Source: Patescibacteria group bacterium
Lineage (GTDB): Bacteria; Patescibacteriota; Kazan-3B-28; UBA10110
DNA length: 64,000 nucleotides
Reading direction: 5' to 3'
Assembly: GCA_016936175.1 (NCBI GenBank)
Contig: JAFGPN010000015.1
Coordinates: 16,636-80,635 of the forward strand
The translations under genes and the position numbers were made by a program. This document shows, one piece after another, positions 49,974 to 59,331 of the stretch. Under the pieces are notes generated by a model. The model was not told the origin of the DNA, made no database searches, and was given only the letters and a program-made list of their open reading frames with translations. Within the stretch, counting starts at the first letter, position 1. Each line of letters starts with the position of its first letter.

Positions 49974-51347
49974 CTACTGGTTAAGCAGCAAATCGTGCAG
50001 GTGAGCGACCAGCATGGTGTCGGTAACTGGCGCTTGCTCGCGCGTTCGGAGGTCCTTGACCTGCCAGATGCCTTTTTCGAGCTCTTCTGGCCCACCGATT
50101 ACCAGGAGAGGAATCCCCTGTTTAACGGCATAAGCCAGCTGAGCCTTAAAGGCGGTGTCATCTCCGCAATGGAGTTCGGTGGCTAGACCGTTCTCTCTTA
50201 GCCGGTTGGCTACCTGGAGATACTTGGGCAGTGATGACTGGTCAAAGACTAGGATAAAGACCTGGGTGGCGGTGGTGGCAAGCTGTTGAAGGGCGTTGAG
50301 CTCCTCGAGAGCTGCGAACAACCGATCTACACCGATGGAGGCGCCGGTGGCAGGAACGCTGTCATTGGCGAACCTGCCGACGAGTCCGTCGTAGCGACCA
50401 CCCGAGAAGACACTGCCGATTGATGGCAGATCATCGAGAGAGGTCTCGAACACGGGGCCGGTATAGTAGCCGAGTCCCCGGGCGACGGACAGGTCAACCA
50501 CAACGCGATCATCGGGTACGCCCATGTTTTGAACGTATCCTCGGACCTGTTGTAGTTCCTGAATGCCGGCGTGCCCGATTTGCGTGGAATTGCCGAAGAA
50601 CTCGGCTGCCTCTTCTAGGGGCAGGGTGGAGTCTGCAGCAATCCGCAAGAACTCCTGCACGGTCTCAACGGCTCTGTCCGAAAGGTTGAGAGCCGTTTCG
50701 TCCAGCCTGTTGTCCGGTGGTCGTTGCAGGATCTTGGTGACCTCTTCCATACCGAGCTTGTCCATCCGATCCAAGATCTGGAACAGGATGTTGGCCTTGC
50801 TCCCAACGCCAATCATTTCTGCTAATCCATTGAGGATTTTGCGGTCGTTAATCTTAATCGTGACCCGGGGGATCTTGAGCGCCTGGAAGGTGCTCCAAAT
50901 AACCGCGATTACCTCGGCATCAGTCAGCATCGAACCGCTAAAGACGGTGTCAATGTCGAACTGATAAAAGCCGTTGTATCGGCCTTTCTGGCTGGTCTCG
51001 CCCCGGAACACTCGCCCAAGCTGGTAGCGCTTGAATGGTCGCGGCAGAGTGTTGCCGTAAGCCGCCACAACTCTCGCCAAGGGCACCGTCAGATCAAACC
51101 TGAGAGCTAGGGGCTCGTCGGTTTTATCTCCGAGAGAGACCTTGTAGATCTTCATGGCAGTGACCTCGTTTCCGGTCAGAACGCTCCAGCGCTCTACTTC
51201 CGGGGTATCGAGGGGCAAGAAGCCGAAGGATTGATAGACCTTCTCGATGGTGCGCAGGATTTGCGTCCTGCGAGTTTGTTCAACCGGTAGATAGTCCCTG
51301 AATCCCCCAGGGACCTCCGGCGCAATCAAGAGCGTCATGCTGGTCAC
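49974..51347 (-). CDS. hisS: Histidyl-tRNA synthetase
   Basis: GFRDYLP, LRFDLTVPLAR, ARGLGYYTG, GGRYDGL, SIGVDRL. Confidence 0.96.
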   Translation of the reverse strand: MTSMTLLIAPEVPGGFRDYLPVEQTRRTQILRTIEKVYQSFGFLPLDTPEVERWSVLTGNEVTAMKIYKVSLGDKTDEPLALRFDLTVPLARVVAAYGNTLPRPFKRYQLGRVFRGETSQKGRYNGFYQFDIDTVFSGSMLTDAEVIAVIWSTFQALKIPRVTIKINDRKILNGLAEMIGVGSKANILFQILDRMDKLGMEEVTKILQRPPDNRLDETALNLSDRAVETVQEFLRIAADSTLPLEEAAEFFGNSTQIGHAGIQELQQVRGYVQNMGVPDDRVVVDLSVARGLGYYTGPVFETSLDDLPSIGSVFSGGRYDGLVGRFANDSVPATGASIGVDRLFAALEELNALQQLATTATQVFILVFDQSSLPKYLQVANRLRENGLATELHCGDDTAFKAQLAYAVKQGIPLLVIGGPEELEKGIWQVKDLRTREQAPVTDTMLVAHLHDLLLNQ

Positions 51348-51385
51348 CTCCTTGGAGACCCCCTAGAGACTTTGAGGATAAAAAA

Positions 51386-51458
51386 TGGGCAGGACGGGAC
51401 TCGAACCCGCGACACCCTGATCCACAGTCAGGCGCTCTAGCCGCTGAGCTACCTGCCC
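51386..51458 (-). tRNA. tRNA-His (GTG), no encoded G-1, A73, CCA not encoded
   Basis: GGGCAGG/CCTGCCC acceptor stem; CCTGA-CTGTGGA-TCAGG anticodon arm. Confidence 0.93.
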
Positions 51459-51631
51459 ACTACTGAGATCAACACGGCAGTTGCTGGTCGAAAACCTCTC
51501 GAGATTTCTCTCGAGGTAATTCGAACTAGTTATCAAGCTGCGCGTTACAGCCCATTATAATCACACCCCTGTTTTTGTCAATCAGGGAAAAGGTTTATCT
51601 AAAAATTACCGAGGCTAACAAGACTAGCCGG

Positions 51632-53170
51632 TTAAGCCAGCTTGCCAGAAACAGCCTCCACCGACCTTCGAAGGTCTGCAGACATTAATAACCCATCTAT
51701 GGCGTGGATGTCTCTGTAAAGCTCACGATCTTGGGTGATAGCTGGTGAAACTGATCTGATTGCCCGATAGACCGCCTGGCTAGCCGGACTAAGTTTAGAG
51801 ATGTCACGGAACTCCAGCCCCTGAGCGGCCGACAAAAGTTCGATAGCCAACACTCGGCGGGTATTCTCGATAATGCGGGCGGCGTGTCGTGAGCCGATTG
51901 AGGCCATGCTGACATGATCTTCTTGATTGGCCGAGGTGGGTATGGAATCAACTGATGAGGGATGAGCTAGAACCTTGTTTTCGGAGACCAGCGCGGCAGC
52001 TGTATATTGCGGTATCATCAACCCGCTATTCAATCCACCTAACTGTGGGTCAATCAGGAAGGCAGGCAAACCATGGTTGTTGCTTTTGTCTACTAATTTA
52101 GCAGTGCGTCGTTCGGAGATGCTGGCGATCTCGGCAATGCCAATTGCCAATGTGTTCATAGCTATACCGACTGGTTCGCCATGGAAGTTACCGCCCGAAA
52201 GCGAGAACCCGTCTTCGACAAATATGATCGGGTTATCGGTAGCCGAATTAATCTCGATTTCAACTACACGCTTGGCGTAAGCAAAGGCATCACGTGCAGC
52301 GCCGTGTACTTGTGGCACACATCTAAGCGCGTAGCTATCTTGGACTAAGCGATAGTATGGCTCGCGATCGACCAAACCGCTTCCCTCGCATAGTTTGCGA
52401 ACATTCTGAGCAGTGGCGATCTGGCCTGGGTGAGGCCGAATGGCTTGGATCTTTTCGAAGAACGGATTGATCGTGGCAGTAAATGCCTCTAGCGATAAGG
52501 CTGTAGCGATGTCCGCATATTTGAGTATCTCTTCGGCTCGAACGATATTAAGCACCGCCTGTCCGGTTAGCACTGAGGTGCCATTACTAAGTGCCAAACC
52601 CTCTTTGGCTTCTAACACCAGAGGTGTAAAACCATAGTGAGCCAAACCGTCAACACCATGTACCCGCTTGCCGTCAATGATCATCTCACCGGCTCCGATC
52701 ATGGCTGAGACAATGTGGCACAATGGAGAGAGATCACCACTAGCGCCAACCGACCCTTGCTGTGGAACATAGGGATAGACCTGCTTGTTTAAGAAATTAA
52801 CAAACGTCTGAGCGGTATCCAAAGTGATACCAGAATAGCCTTTGATTACCGAATTCAGCCTAACTAACATCGTAGCGCGCACCACATCTTCCTTAAATGC
52901 CTCTCCAACACTTACCGAGTGGCTTAAAATAATATTGCGGGAGAGTTCTGCTGTTTTGTCTTTTGCAATGTGAGTGTCTTTAAAGGCGCCGAAGCCGGTG
53001 GTTAAACCGTAAATTACTTTACCTTCGTCTGCGGCTCGAATAACAAAGTCACGCGCTTTTTTAATTTTTTCGATAGCAACATCCGAGAGGCTAACCGTAG
53101 CTTGTTTATGGGCGATTTTCCATACCTGTTCGATTGTCAGGCTTTCCCCATCTATCACGATGTTTTCCAT
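51632..53170 (-). CDS. hutH: Histidine ammonia-lyase
   Basis: YGLTTGFG, SH substrate residues, GSVGASGDL MIO motif, QDSYALRC, GGNFHG. Confidence 0.93.
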   Translation of the reverse strand: MENIVIDGESLTIEQVWKIAHKQATVSLSDVAIEKIKKARDFVIRAADEGKVIYGLTTGFGAFKDTHIAKDKTAELSRNIILSHSVSVGEAFKEDVVRATMLVRLNSVIKGYSGITLDTAQTFVNFLNKQVYPYVPQQGSVGASGDLSPLCHIVSAMIGAGEMIIDGKRVHGVDGLAHYGFTPLVLEAKEGLALSNGTSVLTGQAVLNIVRAEEILKYADIATALSLEAFTATINPFFEKIQAIRPHPGQIATAQNVRKLCEGSGLVDREPYYRLVQDSYALRCVPQVHGAARDAFAYAKRVVEIEINSATDNPIIFVEDGFSLSGGNFHGEPVGIAMNTLAIGIAEIASISERRTAKLVDKSNNHGLPAFLIDPQLGGLNSGLMIPQYTAAALVSENKVLAHPSSVDSIPTSANQEDHVSMASIGSRHAARIIENTRRVLAIELLSAAQGLEFRDISKLSPASQAVYRAIRSVSPAITQDRELYRDIHAIDGLLMSADLRRSVEAVSGKLA

Positions 53171-53200
53171 GGCGATAAATTAACGAATATAGTTAGAATT

Positions 53201-53226
53201 AAAAAACACCTGTTAACACAGGTGTT
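53201..53226 (-). terminator. Intrinsic terminator/attenuator upstream of hutH
   Basis: AACACCTGT-GTTA-ACAGGTGTT followed by a T-run on the minus strand. Confidence 0.85.
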
Positions 53227-53278
53227 GCGCAGGCAACAAGTGACAATGATGGCCAAAATGATGATGAGTCTGATTCAT
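53213..53278 (-). CDS. His-rich leader peptide MNQTHHHFGHHCHLLPAQHLC
   Basis: 7 His in 21 codons directly upstream of hutH. Confidence 0.85.
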   Translation of the reverse strand: MNQTHHHFGHHCHLLPAQHLC

Positions 53279-53529
53279 TTGGGCGTTAACTCTTCCAGCC
53301 AAAGCCTAATGCTAAGTTTTAAAATAGTCAAGATAGCAGCTAATTTTTGACTGCCACGATGTATCTGTTAGGATGAAGGGTCGAAAGGTGGCTAATGGGG
53401 GTTGGTCGCCCCGAACGCCCCTTGATTTTAATGTGAGCTCACAGTTATGAATTCCTTTAGGAGGAAATGCCATGGCAGAAGAAAGCGGCCAGTCATCTAA
53501 GGCCGCGGAACGAGAAGGGGGTATGAGCG

Positions 53530-54228
53530 ATGGAAGCTAATCAGGGACACCGGGAGTGGATTGATCGGGAGACCAACGACGGGGCGATGAAGTGGTTCGA
53601 GGAGATCGGTGTAATCAGGCACGGCCACTTCGTTCTCACCTCGGGCAAGCATAGCGATCTTTATGTCAATAAGGATGGCGCTTATCCTTATGTCGTGCAG
53701 ATCTCTATGATGTGTAAGATTATCGCCGAGCACTTTCCAAACTGGTCCATCGAGGTGGTGGCAGCGCCGGCGCTGGGCGGTATCGCTCTTGGTCAGTGGG
53801 TGGCTTATCACCTGGCTGAGAGATCGATTGTGGCTATTCGGGCGCCGTTCTCCGTTTACGCGGAGAAGTCCAACGACGGCCAAACGTTCGAGTTCCGCCG
53901 AGGCTACAACACATTGATCTCTGGCAAGAGAGTGCTGGTGGTTGAGGACATCTTGACTACCGGCGGTTCGGTTGCCAAGGTAATCGCCGCAGTCCATAAA
54001 CTTGGCGGCGTTGTTGTTGGCGTCGGTGCGCTCTGCAACCGCGGAGGGGTAACAGCAGAAGCTCTGGGTGTACCTAAGCTCTACTCTGTTACCAGCCTGA
54101 GCGCCGATGCCTGGGAGGAGGCTGACTGCCCGCTCTGTTCCGGAGATGTTCCAATCGACACGGATGTCGGCAAAGGCCGTGAGTACCTCGCCCACAAAAT
54201 GGCGGAAGGCGAGTGGAGGCCGGGTTAA
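53530..54228 (+). CDS. pyrE: Orotate phosphoribosyltransferase
   Basis: GHFVLTSGKHSDLY, VLVVEDILTTGGS. Confidence 0.88.
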   Translation: MEANQGHREWIDRETNDGAMKWFEEIGVIRHGHFVLTSGKHSDLYVNKDGAYPYVVQISMMCKIIAEHFPNWSIEVVAAPALGGIALGQWVAYHLAERSIVAIRAPFSVYAEKSNDGQTFEFRRGYNTLISGKRVLVVEDILTTGGSVAKVIAAVHKLGGVVVGVGALCNRGGVTAEALGVPKLYSVTSLSADAWEEADCPLCSGDVPIDTDVGKGREYLAHKMAEGEWRPG

Positions 54229-54338
54229 GCACCAATGCCGCGATAAGTTAAACCTGACAACCACGGCATCGTACCGGAAGCGCAGTACTGACCAGTGCGC
54301 TTCCGGTTTTTTATTACTTAAATTGTTTATACAAATTT

Positions 54339-54513
54339 GTCATTCCGGGCTTGACCCGGAATCCATCCTACGCTCTATGAGCTACGGAGGACTGGCGTAA
54401 GTTATTTATTATAGGCCTACGGCAGTAAAGTGTTTTCCCTGGCCGCGACCGGCTACGGGCAGGCAGGATGACATGAGAGGAGATTGCTTCGTCGCTTCGC
54501 TCCTCGCAATGAC
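54339..54513. repeat. Nested palindromic element cluster
   Basis: GTCATTCCGGGCTTGACCCGGAATC...GAGATTGCTTCG...CTCGCAATGAC. Confidence 0.75.
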
Positions 54514-54595
54514 GAGTTAGGGGGGGGACCATCAATAACATGAATGTACTCAAAATCCCGGCAAGCCGGGACGTTGAGTTTGAGTGTAAAATTAA

Positions 54596-54793
54596 TTACT
54601 TCTTCTTCAGGATGGGCAAACCGGTGCGGGCGCTCTCGATGACTTTGTAGCCCTCGGGAACCGCGTCGCAGGCGCCGACGCTGGCAACCTTGGCGAAGTA
54701 ATAAATCATCTGCTTGCGTCCCCCCTTGAGGCTTACATTCTTGCTGTGCAAGTAGTAAGTATTCCCCCGACTGTTCTTGTGACTGAAGGCCAT
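54596..54793 (-). CDS. Small basic conserved hypothetical protein
   Basis: NSRGNTYYLH...IYYF...RTGLPILKK; AGGAG RBS. Confidence 0.75.
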   Translation of the reverse strand: MAFSHKNSRGNTYYLHSKNVSLKGGRKQMIYYFAKVASVGACDAVPEGYKVIESARTGLPILKKK

Positions 54794-55136
54794 ACGTCTC
54801 CTCCTGAAGTTATTAACTATATACCAACACCTTAAAGTCTATCAGAGGTGGACTCCTATGACAAGCCGGTCTACACCTATGACCCAAATGATGCAAAAAT
54901 TAACTGATTAGATAATCAATTTTGCGCTTCTAGACAATAAAAAAACGGGAGCTTGATTGCCTAAGCAACCAGGAGCTCCCGATGATCGGTTCAGCCGATC
55001 AGGCTCTGGTAGCGCTGGAGCTTGCCAGCAGAACAGCGCCACCTACTATGACCGATTGTGCGGAGTAGCCTGAGCCGTGGAAGAAGTCCATATTCGACCA
55101 CAGCATTACTGCGCACAAAAGGTTGATAGCCGAAAG

Positions 55137-56570
55137 TTAAACTTCTGCTCGGCCCTTGGGTACCGGTAACGGATAGTCACCAGTGAAGCAACCGGTGCAG
55201 AACTTATCGCCTAGCACGTGGAAGGTGCTATCGAGACCGAGGTAGTGGAGATGGTCGGCGTGGATCAGTCGTTTAACTTGTTTCTCGGTTCTGCCGTGAG
55301 CGATCAGCAACTTGGGGTTGGGAGTGTTGATCCCAAAGAAGCACGGAAAACGATGTGGCGGAGCGGTGGAAGCATAGATGATGGTTCCGGCGCCAGCTGC
55401 CCTAAGTTCGGGAACTAACGCGCGAGCCTAATCGCCTCTGACGATGGAATCGTCCACTATCACCACTACTTTGCCAATGCCAGTCTTTTTGTGCACCAAG
55501 GGGCCGGGGTTAACCGAGAAGCGTCTTTTGACCAGCTGCGATCGAGCCATCTCGTCCTGTTGGAAGACCCGCTCGGAAAACCTGTCCTTGAGGATGGCCG
55601 TACGGAACAACTTGCGGAGTTCCGCCGCGCAACCCTCGGCCGCCGAATTGCCAGAGTACGGTACTGGTATAACTACTTCGGGGGTGGGATATCCTGCCCG
55701 AGCGATCTCTCGCGCGAGCTCTACCCCAAGCTGAAACCGGATCCCGTCGATCAACTCGTTGGAGTTGTTGTCGAAGAGAGAATCCGGTCTGGCGAAGTAG
55801 TAGTACTCCATCAGACACCGCCGAATGAGCTCTTCCGCAAACCGATGAACTTCGATCTTGCCGCTAGGCTCGACTGTCATCAGGGTGCCTGGCTCTACTT
55901 CGTACGGCTTGCCGAAACCGGCGATCACCGCCGATTCTGAGCAGACATGAAAACCATCCTTGTTCTCGGTCCACCAGTATGGACGAAATCCGTGTGGGTC
56001 TCGCATCACGAACAGCCGCTTGCTCGGCGTGATGGCCGACAAAGAGTAGGCCGCCTGCAATGTCTGGCCCATGTGGATAAAGGCGGATTCTTCGCTACCA
56101 TCGTAGACCCACAGGTAATCGCCAAGTAGTTTAGCGATCACCTCTGCATCACAGCGGGAAGCGAAGGGGTAGCCCTTACCTTTGAGCCGTCTGCGTTCGC
56201 GCTCGCAGAAAGGAATGTCACCGTTGGAGACAAGAATGATCTTCTTCCCTCCAAAATCGAAATAGTGCGGTTGAGCATTCTTGCCATCCCGCAATGAAGC
56301 GGTGGCGTAACGCACATGCCCTATTCCGATATTGCCGCGCAATTCCCGCAACAGCTTCTGAACCAGTGGTCCACCGGTCTCCCGGTTGAACCACTTGTGA
56401 GCCGAACCCGGCTCCTTCCAATGGCGAGTGGGGACTCCCGGATACCGGCTGTCAGTAGTTGCCAGCCCAACAGAATCCTGTCCCCGATTTTGAATTAGAC
56501 CGAGGGTCTCCAGGATCTCTGGAGTCACGGTCTTACACTTGTAGCTACAACCAGCACAAGTTCCGCACAT
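55137..56570 (-). pseudogene. purF: Amidophosphoribosyltransferase with one internal TAG (55428-55430)
   Basis: MCG start, QNRGQ, GHVRYAT, VDDSIVRGD*; frame continues through PCFFGI and FCTGCFTGDYP to TAA at 55137. Confidence 0.9.
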
Positions 56571-56707
56571 CCTGGATGACCTCCGTCAAATTGGTTTGAG
56601 AATAAGTACTAATTATCAAAGAGCCAGCGAACACCTGTCGGGCTGTACGGCCTGACATTTGATTCTAAACCTTTTTACTAAAATCTCAATCCCGGCAGGG
56701 ATCGGAG

Positions 56708-57517
56708 TCAAGCCGCTTTAAGCCAGGCTTGTAAGGCCGGAATCTCCTTAGCCAGCTTAGCTTTTTCAATCCGTTTTATCAGACTGCGGTACTCCACCAA
56801 ATTAAAGTGACGATTTGAGGCTTCGACCAAATCGATGGCTTGGTCAAACTGGTTGTGCGTAAAGTACTGCTCGACCAGAGCCAGGCAGTCTGTTTTAGGG
56901 TCTTTGGGCGCGACCAACGGCTCAATGGCCTCTGCCTTAATAATTGGTTGATCGGCTGTTACTGATTTTTTTGGCATTGCTTCTGCCGGTTCTTCTGCAA
57001 TGCGGATATTTTCTGCGGTGCTAATCACCTCACTTTTACTATCGGCGCTCGCAGAATAAAATTTATTAATTAATGAACTCTTGTCCGAAGCACTGATATT
57101 CTTTTGGTTTAGTGTACTGAGCAGGCTACTTTTTAAGCTTTCTAACCGTTTAATCAAACCCGTAATTTCACTAATGAGTTGGCCCTTGCCCTGATAACTA
57201 GCACTATGTCCATCATTCAAGTAGCTAACCTGTTCCCCAGAAGTTAAAAGATCATTATCGACGGTTTTTTCTAATTTAGATAAGCGAGCGAGGCCCGAAG
57301 CAACAAATCGATCTATATGGCTCAAAAGCCCTTCCAGGTGAAAGATCTTAGTGCAAGCATCGGCACCTGCATACCATTCGGCCGCTTCACTCGGTGTAAA
57401 TACTCCTAACGATTCACCGTAAGATATCTCGCTATTTAGTTGCGATAAAAGCGCACTAGCCTCGTGCGACATCATCTCATCTTCTTGCTCGACTATCTCT
57501 ATCTCTTCTTTTTCCAT
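56708..57517 (-). CDS. Hypothetical helical protein downstream of the cobalamin riboswitch
   Basis: AAGGAG before ATG 57517; the ORF-track N-terminal extension is a palindromic repeat. Confidence 0.7.
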   Translation of the reverse strand: MEKEEIEIVEQEDEMMSHEASALLSQLNSEISYGESLGVFTPSEAAEWYAGADACTKIFHLEGLLSHIDRFVASGLARLSKLEKTVDNDLLTSGEQVSYLNDGHSASYQGKGQLISEITGLIKRLESLKSSLLSTLNQKNISASDKSSLINKFYSASADSKSEVISTAENIRIAEEPAEAMPKKSVTADQPIIKAEAIEPLVAPKDPKTDCLALVEQYFTHNQFDQAIDLVEASNRHFNLVEYRSLIKRIEKAKLAKEIPALQAWLKAA

Positions 57518-57635
57518 AACTCTACACTCCTTTTTGTCATTCCTGCGTAGGCAGGAATCCATTTTATTGCTTCTGCCTGGATCCCCGATGTCGACGCGCT
57601 AACGCCGTCGGCTCTGGGATGACATTTTAATTTAT

Positions 57636-57664
57636 TAATAAAAATACCTCTCACGAAAAGAGGT
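57636..57664 (-). terminator. Terminator of the riboswitch expression platform
   Basis: ACCTCT...AGAGGT then ATTTTTATT on the minus strand. Confidence 0.6.
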
Positions 57665-57754
57665 TTAGTAAAAACACAAAGTTTCCCCTAACTCTTCACT
57701 CGGAGTTGGTTCACCCCGTTAGAAATAATAATTTCTAATCGGGGTTGCTACGAA

Positions 57755-57920
57755 TAACGTTGGCGACCTGGCTTACTATCTTGTCATGCTGAACTAGTTT
57801 CAGCATCTAGATCCTGAAATAAATTCAGGATGACGATAGTTTACAGTTGCGGGACAGCGCCGGACTCCCCGCCCATTTCATGATTCGGGCAGGCCACCGG
57901 ACTTCGCAGTCGTTACTCGG
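57755..57920 (-). ncRNA. Cobalamin riboswitch
   Basis: Minus strand GCGAAGTCCGGTG...AGTCCGGCGCTGTCCCGCAACTGTAA...AAGCCAGGTCGCC (B12-box-like). Confidence 0.82.
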
Positions 57921-58039
57921 GTTAGTATTCAAGGTAGGCTCATTATACACCTCTAACCAAACAGGCAAATAAAAAAGCGGCAACCCTGCTCTGTCTAGCA
58001 GAGATCGCCGCTCATTTCCATTCTGGTTAACCAAAATGA

Positions 58040-58747
58040 TTAGGAGGTCTTCTCATCCTTGTGGTTGTCCTGGAAACCCTTGGTTGAGCCAAGACCGCCG
58101 GTCCCGCGAGTTGTCTGCCTCAGGTCGGTGTAATCGGCAACCGAGATAAACCGAGGTAATACCGCCCATTGAAAGAGAACCTGGGCAATCCTCATATCAC
58201 GGTAGATGGTCACCCAATCGTTGCCGTTGTTAACGATAACGACACAGGCCTCGCCCCTGTAGTCGCTATCGACTGTACCCGGTGCGTTCTGCAGGGTTAT
58301 CCCAAGTCTGGATGCCAGTCCGCTTCTGGGGGACACCCAGTACATTAGCTGGATTATCATGGCCGTAACGAAGCCGATTCCGCCAGTGATACGCCCTCCC
58401 GGCTTGAGCATAAACACCCATTCTTTGTGGCCCCTATCTTCAACCTCAATAAACTTAAACTTGCCCTGCTGTTCCAACTCTGTTCGGACATCAGCAGATA
58501 GCTGGCTGGGATCGGTCAAAAAATCGAACATGGTGAGGCGCAGCATCTGGCGAGGTTCCGACTCCATCTTTCTTGGGGATACCAGGGCTCGGAGCGATAC
58601 GTCGTATCCGATTGCGCCCTTGGTTTTGCGCTCTGGCATTTTGCCGCCCGGTAAGACATGAATCCAGACCGGAGGATGGAAGTAGATGACGATACCTGCC
58701 ACCACAAGCAGATTCATCAACAACAAGATTAGATCAAACCAACTCAT
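58040..58747 (-). CDS. dut: dUTPase with N-terminal hydrophobic helix and internal insertion
   Basis: GAIGYD, PRSGLA, GTVDSDYRGE, RIAQ, RGTGGLGST. Confidence 0.9.
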   Translation of the reverse strand: MSWFDLILLLMNLLVVAGIVIYFHPPVWIHVLPGGKMPERKTKGAIGYDVSLRALVSPRKMESEPRQMLRLTMFDFLTDPSQLSADVRTELEQQGKFKFIEVEDRGHKEWVFMLKPGGRITGGIGFVTAMIIQLMYWVSPRSGLASRLGITLQNAPGTVDSDYRGEACVVIVNNGNDWVTIYRDMRIAQVLFQWAVLPRFISVADYTDLRQTTRGTGGLGSTKGFQDNHKDEKTS

Positions 58748-58885
58748 GGCGCTGGTCTCCTTTCTATACAGTTTCCTAGTTATCAACCCCCACAAGCAAG
58801 GCTGACTTTGTATATTACCACATACCAAAAACCCGAGCCTTGGGGGGCTCGGGTTTCTTGTTAATTGAACTTAGTCAACTAAGAA

Positions 58886-59197
58886 TTATCGGCGATCGTA
58901 TCCACCACGTCCACCACCGCCACCACCAAAGGAGGGGCGATCGACTTTAGGACGAGCAACGTTCACCGAGATAGTACGACCGTCGAGCTCTTTGCCATTG
59001 AGTTCATCAATCGCCTTCTGAGCCTCTTCTTCGGTAGCCATCTCGACGAAACCAAAGCCCTTGGAACGACCGGACATGCGATCGATGATCACAGTCGCGG
59101 ATTCCACGGTACCAGCGCCAGCAAAAAGCTCGCGGAGGTTATCGTCCGTAGTAGCATAGTTCAATCCACCGACAAACAATTTCTTGTTGTTATCCAT
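58886..59197 (-). CDS. RRM RNA-binding protein with Gly-rich tail
   Basis: KLFVGGL RNP2, KGFGFVEM RNP1. Confidence 0.95.
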   Translation of the reverse strand: MDNNKKLFVGGLNYATTDDNLRELFAGAGTVESATVIIDRMSGRSKGFGFVEMATEEEAQKAIDELNGKELDGRTISVNVARPKVDRPSFGGGGGGRGGYDRR

Positions 59198-59331
59198 GTG
59201 AGATCTAAACCTTACTTACTTAATATACGTAGGGCGGTCCGCATCTCACACGGCCGAACGTTATACACTTTCTAACCTGTTGAGATTACCTACTCCAGAG
59301 ACATTATACAGGCAACCCCTAAAAAGTCAAG

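Noticed and set aside
46255-51460. Integrative island bounded by the two tRNAs
   Set aside because: No integrase and no duplicated tRNA 3' end found.
53497-54264. 255-aa minus-strand ORF and similar antisense ORFs (114-488, 32281-32802, 55491-55940)
   Set aside because: Shadows of well-supported genes on the other strand in GC-rich regions; no motifs.
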